Shown here: in pieces, positions 29,412 through 35,634 of the stretch | Layout of the letters: each line of letters begins with the position of its first letter | How positions within the stretch are numbered: the stretch's first letter is position 1 | NCBI GenBank assembly: GCA_021161865.1 | Contig: JAGGZU010000041.1 | Location: 1-35,634, forward strand | DNA length: 35,634 nucleotides | Direction: 5' to 3' | Source of the DNA: Thermoplasmata archaeon | GTDB taxonomy: Archaea > Thermoplasmatota > E2 > DHVEG-1 > B18-G2 | Translations under genes and position numbers: made by a program | The notes under the pieces: model-generated | What the model was told of the DNA's origin: nothing | Databases searched by the model: none | Seen by the model: only the letters and a program-made list of their open reading frames with translations

Positions 29412-29903
29412 TTATTCCTCCTTCTTTTCAATTTCCACCGTGATTTCTCCAAGTTCTATCTGATCTTTCTCTTTGAAGTTAACCTTTTTTACCATTCCAT
29501 CATATGGCGCTTTTATGAGGTACTCCATCTTCATGGCCTCTATGACCATGAGCACATCTCCTTTTTTAACTGCATCTCCCTTTTTCACGTTAACCCGCAC
29601 GACTTTCCCTGATATTGGTGAGGAGAGATTTCCCTCTTTTTTCTCCATTCTTTTTCTACCCGTTAAAGGTACAGGTTTAACTTTGAAGACATCACCGTCT
29701 ATGAAAACAAACTTACCGTTTTTTCCCTCAGCGACAACACATTTTATGTACCTGTCGCCAAGCTTTATTTTGAGTTGACCTGGTTTAACCTCCTCTGCTT
29801 CAACGGTGTAGGTGGTGTTGTCGTAGGTAACAAGGTATTTATCTTCTTTTCTTTCGACCTCAACATTGTAAACATGGTTTTCGTACTCATAGTTGATGAA
29901 CAT
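29412..29903 (-). CDS. Biotin carboxyl carrier subunit with N-terminal BT-like domain
   Basis: SP..GKV, EAMKME biotinylation motif; ATG 29903. Confidence 0.9.
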   Translation of the reverse strand: MFINYEYENHVYNVEVERKEDKYLVTYDNTTYTVEAEEVKPGQLKIKLGDRYIKCVVAEGKNGKFVFIDGDVFKVKPVPLTGRKRMEKKEGNLSSPISGKVVRVNVKKGDAVKKGDVLMVIEAMKMEYLIKAPYDGMVKKVNFKEKDQIELGEITVEIEKKEE

Positions 29904-29904
29904 G

Positions 29905-31401
29905 CTACACACCTATCCTCCATCTACCAGTGTGTTTCCATGGTGAATGCGGATCAGGTTCCTTGTATCTAACCACTTCCTCTCGTTTTGGATGCAGGGC
30001 ATTATAGATTGCAAGACCTATAATGGCATCAAGTGGCAGTCCTTTTTGTTGTTCACCCCAGTCTTTGAAGTAAGTGTCTATGAAGTGTGTTGTGATGTTT
30101 CCTCTTCTAAAAGCTTCATGTTTCAAAACCCTTTTCAGAAATGGAATGTTTGTTGTAACTCCCAGTATAACATACCTTGACAGAGCCCATATCATTTTGT
30201 TTATGCTTTCCTCCCTGTTTTCGCCACCGACTATGAGTTTGGCAAGCATTGGATCATAGTAGGGTGTTATCTCTAACCCTGTTTCGATTCCAGCATCATT
30301 CCTTATGTTTGGACCCAGTGGCATCTCCACTTTTTCTAGTACTCCAACGCTCGGCAGGAAACCATGAGCTGGATCCTCAGCATATATCCTGCATTCCAAG
30401 GCGTGCCCCCTTTGGTGAACATCCTTTTGAGTGAGGTCGAGTTCTTTTCCAGCAGCGATTTTTATCTGACGTTTAACGATGTCTACACCTGTAGTCATCT
30501 CTGTGATTGGATGCTCGACTTGTAACCTCGTATTCATCTCCATGAAATAGTAGTTTAGGTTGCCATCGACCATAAACTCTATGGTGCCAGCATTTGTGTA
30601 ACCAACCGCTTCTGCAGCTTTAACAGCAGCCTCACCCATCTCTTTTCTTAAATCCTTTGTCATAACAGGAGAAGGTGTTTCTTCTATGATTTTTTGATGC
30701 CTTCTTTGGATGGAGCATTCTCTTTCAAACAGATGTATGATGTTGCCGTGTTCGTCAGCAAGTATCTGAAACTCTATGTGCCGTGGTTTGTCAAGGTATC
30801 TTTCAAGGAAAACCATGTCGTTTCCAAAGGAGGATTTTGCTTCACGTTTCGCGCTTTCTATGGATTCTTCAAGGTTTTCTTCTGAGTGAACGATTTTCAT
30901 TCCTTTCCCGCCACCGCCGGCAACAGCTTTAACAAGCAGAGGGAAACCTATCTTTTTTCCCTCTTTAACCAGTATTTTTGTGTCCTGTTTAAGCCCATGG
31001 TAACCCGGGATAATAGGTACACCTGCTTTTTCCATTGTTTTTTTGGCTTTTATTTTGTCACCCATGAGCGCGATAACCCTTGCATCTGGACCTATGAATT
31101 TCAATCCACTGTCCCTGCAAGCCTGCGCGAAATCAGGGTTTTCAGCCAGGAAACCATAACCCGGGTGTATGGCTTCAGCTCCCTTTTTTTCAGCTGCTTC
31201 AATGATCTTTCCTATGTTTAGGTAGCTCTCAGATGGTGTGGGGTCGCCAAGGTTCACTGATTCATCAGCTAGGTTTACATGTGGTGCTTTTTCATCAACC
31301 TTGGAGTAGACTGCAACGGTTTCTATCCCCATCTCCTTGCATGCATGGATCACTCTGATTGCTATTTCTCCACGGTTTGCTATCAGGATCTTTTTGAACA
31401 C
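29905..31401 (-). CDS. Biotin carboxylase subunit of methylcrotonyl-CoA carboxylase
   Basis: KKILIANRGEIA, HPGYGFLAEN, GGGGKGM, ERECSIQRRHQK, EMNTRLQVEHP, YYDPMLAK; GTG 31401 after GGAGG. Confidence 0.93.
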   Translation of the reverse strand: MFKKILIANRGEIAIRVIHACKEMGIETVAVYSKVDEKAPHVNLADESVNLGDPTPSESYLNIGKIIEAAEKKGAEAIHPGYGFLAENPDFAQACRDSGLKFIGPDARVIALMGDKIKAKKTMEKAGVPIIPGYHGLKQDTKILVKEGKKIGFPLLVKAVAGGGGKGMKIVHSEENLEESIESAKREAKSSFGNDMVFLERYLDKPRHIEFQILADEHGNIIHLFERECSIQRRHQKIIEETPSPVMTKDLRKEMGEAAVKAAEAVGYTNAGTIEFMVDGNLNYYFMEMNTRLQVEHPITEMTTGVDIVKRQIKIAAGKELDLTQKDVHQRGHALECRIYAEDPAHGFLPSVGVLEKVEMPLGPNIRNDAGIETGLEITPYYDPMLAKLIVGGENREESINKMIWALSRYVILGVTTNIPFLKRVLKHEAFRRGNITTHFIDTYFKDWGEQQKGLPLDAIIGLAIYNALHPKREEVVRYKEPDPHSPWKHTGRWRIGV

Positions 31402-31402
31402 C

Positions 31403-32185
31403 CTATTCCCTCCAACTTGGTTTCTTTTTTTCAAGAAAAGCACGTATCCCTTCTTGTCCCTCCTTTGACACTCTAAGTTCGGCTATCTTCTTCACCGTAT
31501 ACTCCTTGTATTCTCCTGTTTTCAGCTCCTGATACATTCTTACAAGGTTTTTCACCTCTTTCACAGCATTTGGACCTGATGTTAGCGTTAGGTTAACATA
31601 TTTTTTTATGGTTTCATCAAGCAAATCCTGTGGAACAACATGGTCGATTAAACCCATATGTTCCGCGTACTGGGAGTCGAAACGTTCACCTGTTATAAAG
31701 AGTCGTCTGGTGTTTGCTATGCCTATGCGTCTTATCACGTATGGGGAGATTACAGCAGGTATTATACCCAGTTTCACCTCGCTGAACGCGAACTTTAGGT
31801 TGGGGGTGGCTACGTTTATGTCACATACGGCAAGTAAGCCTAGTCCTCCACCGAAGGCATGCCCGTTTATTCTTCCAATAACAGGTTTTGAACAGTTGTC
31901 AATGGTTTCGTATAAGTCAAGCAGAAGCCTGCTGTCACTGATGTTTTCCTCCATGGTGTAGTCAGCCATACTCTTCATCCAGTTTAGGTCCGCACCAGCG
32001 CAGAAGGATTTACCGTTTCCTGTTAAAACAACGACTCTAATCTGTTCATCTGAGTTTATTTTTTTAAAACAGGAGGTAAGTTCTTTCATCATCTTTTCGT
32101 TCATTGCGTTGTGAACCTCTGGTCTATCCAATGCTATTGTAATAGTTTTTTCTTCTTTTGTAACAGCAATGGTTTCGTAACTCAT
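31403..32185 (-). CDS. Enoyl-CoA hydratase family, probable 3-methylglutaconyl-CoA hydratase (LiuC-type)
   Basis: FCAGADL.WM, AFGGG.GL, SEVKLG..PAVISP.V, EG.EG..AFLEK..P.W; first gene of the MCC operon. Confidence 0.85.
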   Translation of the reverse strand: MSYETIAVTKEEKTITIALDRPEVHNAMNEKMMKELTSCFKKINSDEQIRVVVLTGNGKSFCAGADLNWMKSMADYTMEENISDSRLLLDLYETIDNCSKPVIGRINGHAFGGGLGLLAVCDINVATPNLKFAFSEVKLGIIPAVISPYVIRRIGIANTRRLFITGERFDSQYAEHMGLIDHVVPQDLLDETIKKYVNLTLTSGPNAVKEVKNLVRMYQELKTGEYKEYTVKKIAELRVSKEGQEGIRAFLEKKKPSWRE

Positions 32186-32210
32186 ACTTCTCCCCTGGAG
32201 GTTTCAAGCA

Positions 32211-32315
32211 GTATATAATGGTTGCTCGCCGATTACCGCTTCGATAAATAAAAGTTTCTATGTTTTTTACAGCATTTGTCGATATTATAAAAGAAACAAG
32301 CAAAAAATATATAAA
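32211..32315. promoter_or_regulatory. Divergent TATA promoters for the MCC operon and the small protein/aminotransferase genes
   Basis: Minus-strand TTATATA at 32212-32218, about 27-33 nt upstream of ATG 32185; plus-strand AAAAAATATATAAAG at about 32302-32315 followed by GGAGG at 32339-32343. Confidence 0.55.
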
Positions 32316-32353
32316 GAAGCTCATACCTATTGATACGTGGAGGGAATGATAAC

Positions 32354-32542
32354 ATGGAAGAAACCACTGTAAAAACCGACAACTTGAGGAAACTCCTCCT
32401 CGATGAGAGTGTTGGGGATACTCCTGAGGATGAACTTGCTTTCTTCATGAACAGGTTCAACTTGGACATAGAAACCGTTGAGGCTATGCCAGCATTTGAG
32501 GAGCACATCAAACCAATCTTCTCAGCGAAGGAAGAGGATTAA
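32354..32542 (+). CDS. Small acidic hypothetical protein (62 aa)
   Basis: TATA box and GGAGG RBS upstream of ATG 32354; fills an otherwise empty gap. Confidence 0.7.
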   Translation: MEETTVKTDNLRKLLLDESVGDTPEDELAFFMNRFNLDIETVEAMPAFEEHIKPIFSAKEED

Positions 32543-32622
32543 ACCACCAAGATTGAAATTCTAGGATTTTTTACGAAATAAATATAAGGCAAAAGTAGAT
32601 ACCTCTGAGCGGAGGGTAATTG

Positions 32623-33840
32623 ATGAATCTAGAGCGGTTATTCTCAGGAAGGACAAAAACGATGCGTCCTTCAGAAATTAGAGAGCTCCTAAAGCTTACG
32701 CAGAATCCTGAAATTATATCATTTGCTGGTGGTTTACCAAACCCCTCGTCGTTTCCAATAGATGAGATGCAGAATGTCTGCATAGATGTGCTGAAGAAAC
32801 ATGGTAAACTGGCTCTTCAATATGGACCTACAGAGGGTATGCGGCCTTTGAGAAACTCTTTGGCAAACAGGGCGAAGAAGGAAGGGATAGACGCATCATC
32901 GGATAATGTTTTGATAACCTCTGGCTCTCAGCAGGGTTTGGATGTGCTTGGAAGGGTTTTTCTTGATCCCGGTGACACGATAATAGTTGGCTTGCCAACA
33001 TATCTTGGTGCGTTGAATGCGTTCCGTGCCTATGAAGTAAACTTTGCCGGTATTCCTCTTGACAAAGATGGCATGCAGGTTGATTTACTTGAAGAAAAGG
33101 TGAAGGAGTTAAACAAAAAGGGTGTGACGCCAAAGTTTATTTATTTGGTTCCAACATTTCAAAACCCTGCAGGCGTGGTGATGCCTGAGAGTAGAAGGAG
33201 AAGGGTTGTTGATATTGCAAATGAGTATGACCTTATAGTTATTGAGGATGATCCCTATAGTAAGCTTAGGTTTGAGGGCGACCATATTAAACCAATAAAA
33301 TCCTTTGATGACGAGGGTAGGGTCATTTATCTCTCAACGTTCTCCAAAATTCTTTCCCCTGGTTTCAGATTGGCGTGGATGATTGCATCAGAGCCTCTCA
33401 TAAGAAAGCTAACCATTGGTAAACAAGCTCTTGATCTCTGCACAAACACCTTCGTTCAGTTTATTGCAAACGAGTTCATAGAGAAAGGTTCTCTTGATTT
33501 ACATATAATGAAGATTATAGAGATGTATCGACCAAAGAGGGATATTATGATGGAGTCGATAAAAAAATACTTTCCGTCTGATACGGTGTGTCATAAACCA
33601 AAGGGTGGTATGTTTGCATGGGCCACTATCCCTGGACCAATTGATACCGAGGAGATGTTTCTCGATGCCATTAAAGAAAAGGTTGCCTACATCCATGGTA
33701 AAGCGTTTTATGTTGATGGTGGTGGGGCAAACTCCATGCGTCTAAACTTTTCCTACTCCTCAAACCAGACGATAGAGGAAGGTATGAAGCGGCTTGGGAA
33801 GGTGATAGAGAGAAAGCTGAAAGAAGCGGCTGCACAATGA
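32623..33840 (+). CDS. PLP-dependent class I/II aminotransferase (ARO8/LysN-like, broad-specificity)
   Basis: S.IRELLK, ISFAGGLP, LQYG.TEG, GSQQ.LD, FQNP.G, EDDPY, TFSK.L.PG.R, RLNFS; GGAGG RBS. Confidence 0.92.
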   Translation: MNLERLFSGRTKTMRPSEIRELLKLTQNPEIISFAGGLPNPSSFPIDEMQNVCIDVLKKHGKLALQYGPTEGMRPLRNSLANRAKKEGIDASSDNVLITSGSQQGLDVLGRVFLDPGDTIIVGLPTYLGALNAFRAYEVNFAGIPLDKDGMQVDLLEEKVKELNKKGVTPKFIYLVPTFQNPAGVVMPESRRRRVVDIANEYDLIVIEDDPYSKLRFEGDHIKPIKSFDDEGRVIYLSTFSKILSPGFRLAWMIASEPLIRKLTIGKQALDLCTNTFVQFIANEFIEKGSLDLHIMKIIEMYRPKRDIMMESIKKYFPSDTVCHKPKGGMFAWATIPGPIDTEEMFLDAIKEKVAYIHGKAFYVDGGGANSMRLNFSYSSNQTIEEGMKRLGKVIERKLKEAAAQ

Positions 33841-35420
33841 AAGTGTGGATGAAAAAAACAGGAAAGGTTTTTTCTGTTGCCTTGTTACTTTTTTTGTCCA
33901 TGTTCTCTGGCTGTATAAACCCTTTTCAAACAGGCTCCTGCAAGTTTATCTCATATGAGATAATAGATGATGATGGTTATGCTGCCCTCAGGGTCGAGGT
34001 TAATGCAACAAGTGGTTTAACGCTTAAACTGCTAGGTCCTTTTAACAACCTAGTTGGAGAAAAACAGCTTGAAAATGGTGTTCAAACCGTCACCATTGAT
34101 TTAGCAGAGAGTTATGAAACCCCTGCTGATGGCTCCTATACTCTAAAGGTTTACAATGGAGGAACAAATGTTGTTACTAAGAAGAGTTTTGTTGTTACTC
34201 CTACATCTTTATCCATATCAGATTTTAGAGGGAGGTGGTGGAAGGAGGGAGTGGATAGTTATTCGTTGATAGAGGTTGTTTTATCCATTGAAAACAATGG
34301 GAACGCCCCTGTTTATCTTAAAGAGATGAATGTTACCGTTGACGGCGTCAGCAGTTTTACAGCCCCCATCTTCAATGGCACGGTTGAAGGTAAAACATCA
34401 AAGGGTGTTGCTTCCTCATTTTATGTACCTGGTTTAGATGAGTCGGAGCATGTTTTTGTTGTAAAGGTTTTTGATTACTCAGGGAATGTTTTGTTTTCAA
34501 AGACGTTCTCTGAGGAACCCTATTATGACTCAGCGATGAAGAGGTTTTCTCTCAGTTGGAAATACAAATGGAGGAGTTTCTCAATTAGTCTACCCTTGCC
34601 TGCAGAACTCCTGAGTTTTTATTCCTCCATTAAAAGACCTGTGATTGAGGATTACTCTTTCTACGTTATATCACCATACGACGACAGCTACGTTGATTTG
34701 GTAACCAGAAGGTTGATTTCTTTGTTCAATGGTGAGGGTGAGGAGTTAATAGACTTTGTTGCATCCTTCGTTCAGAGTATTCCTTATGCGGAGGAAGAAG
34801 GGGAGTACCCTCAGTTTCCCATAGAGCTTCTTAATAATGGTTCTGGTGATTGTGAGGATAAAGCCATTTTTGCTTCATCGATTCTTTACAACCTTGGTTA
34901 CGATGTTGCTCTGCTCAGGTTTCCTGAGCACATGGCTGTTGGTGTTCATCTTCCAGATGTGACCTATGATGGAAGGATATACTATGAGGATGAGTCTGGT
35001 AAAAGATACTTGTTTCTTGAGACCTCGAACACAGCATGGACGCTTGGTAACGCTGATTTAGAATATAGGCATGCAGGTAATTTCACCTTGTATCATGTTA
35101 CATCAAAACCTGTTCTTGTGGAGGAGTGTAAACCCCCGACTAGGTACACGAGTGTGGTTAAGGATTACATTAGTGTGGATACCACTGTGAAAAACATTGG
35201 TACTGAGGATGCAGAGAACGTATATGTTTCGGCTGCTTTTTTGACACAATATGGGGTGGTGGTTAATGGTGAAAAATCCTCCCTTTTTACCGTAGCTGCT
35301 GGGAGGGAGAAACGTGTTTCTTTTACAGTTGATTACCCTGATGTTACGGTTGTTAAGGTTTATGTTAGAGTGGTTTATGAGGATAAGATTTCTACTGAGG
35401 CAACCTTTGTCTTCGCCTAA
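33837..35420 (+). CDS. Putative lipoprotein with Ig-like domains and a transglutaminase-like cysteine protease domain
   Basis: Basic N-terminus, hydrophobic stretch, FSGC lipobox; FVQSIPY, YP.FP.E.L....GDCEDKA, HMAVG, Y..LET; Ig/CARDB-like V.N.G motifs. Confidence 0.72.
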   Translation: MKVWMKKTGKVFSVALLLFLSMFSGCINPFQTGSCKFISYEIIDDDGYAALRVEVNATSGLTLKLLGPFNNLVGEKQLENGVQTVTIDLAESYETPADGSYTLKVYNGGTNVVTKKSFVVTPTSLSISDFRGRWWKEGVDSYSLIEVVLSIENNGNAPVYLKEMNVTVDGVSSFTAPIFNGTVEGKTSKGVASSFYVPGLDESEHVFVVKVFDYSGNVLFSKTFSEEPYYDSAMKRFSLSWKYKWRSFSISLPLPAELLSFYSSIKRPVIEDYSFYVISPYDDSYVDLVTRRLISLFNGEGEELIDFVASFVQSIPYAEEEGEYPQFPIELLNNGSGDCEDKAIFASSILYNLGYDVALLRFPEHMAVGVHLPDVTYDGRIYYEDESGKRYLFLETSNTAWTLGNADLEYRHAGNFTLYHVTSKPVLVEECKPPTRYTSVVKDYISVDTTVKNIGTEDAENVYVSAAFLTQYGVVVNGEKSSLFTVAAGREKRVSFTVDYPDVTVVKVYVRVVYEDKISTEATFVFA

Positions 35421-35448
35421 AAATATTGGAGAAAGGTAGGTTTTTTAT

Positions 35449-35634
35449 CTAAAACTCTTCTGAGCCCTCTGGTTCTCCTTTTGAACCCTTGGATTTTTCC
35501 TCCATCTCTTTTGATGCTATGACGTCGTCTATTCTCAGTATCATTGTTGCTGCTTCTGATGATGCCTGTATCTCCTGCATGCTGACACGTAGTGGTTCTA
35601 TAACATTGTTTTTCAACATGTCATCTATTTCTCC
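35449..35634 (-). CDS. Thermosome (group II chaperonin) subunit, 3' end only
   Basis: Manual translation [61 protein letters not shown]. Confidence 0.93.
   Translation of the reverse strand, partial: GEIDDMLKNNVIEPLRVSMQEIQASSEAATMILRIDDVIASKEMEEKSKGSKGEPEGSEEF

Noticed and set aside
32354-32542. LysW carrier upstream of a LysN-like aminotransferase
   Set aside because: No Zn-binding cysteines and no EDWGE terminus; no lysX/Y/Z nearby.
1-35634. tRNA, rRNA, CRISPR array or IS element
   Set aside because: Intergenic gaps are short; no cloverleaf, periodic repeat or transposase seen by eye. Small C/D-box RNAs cannot be excluded without a covariance search.

Overview
Gene-dense archaeal chromosomal segment, probably a sediment Thermoplasmatota lineage (inferred from carS, Taw2, Tsr3, archaeal TpiA, a thermosome subunit, TATA boxes, rpe/tal and a secreted clostripain). 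About 40 CDSs; no rRNA, tRNA, CRISPR or transposase recognised. Left part: a membrane-anchored clostripain fused to a glycosidase-like barrel, then housekeeping and RNA-metabolism genes (Mut7-C, ArfC/Rib7, thyX, RNase J-like, YhaM-like, a Trm112 missed by the ORF track, XPD, taw2, tsr3, carS). Middle: membrane proteins, a frameshifted DUF2085 gene, an ABC operon collapsed by an internal deletion, and tpiA/rpe/tal. Right part (21078-33840): a near-complete leucine/isovalerate catabolic cluster with no HMG-CoA lyase. It instead carries a thiolase-fold protein lacking the catalytic cysteines plus a DUF35 partner, an architecture known from retro-aldolases. My lead hypothesis, which is inference only, is that this pair is a non-orthologous HMG-CoA-type lyase. 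All family calls come from motif recognition by eye; no database searches were run.
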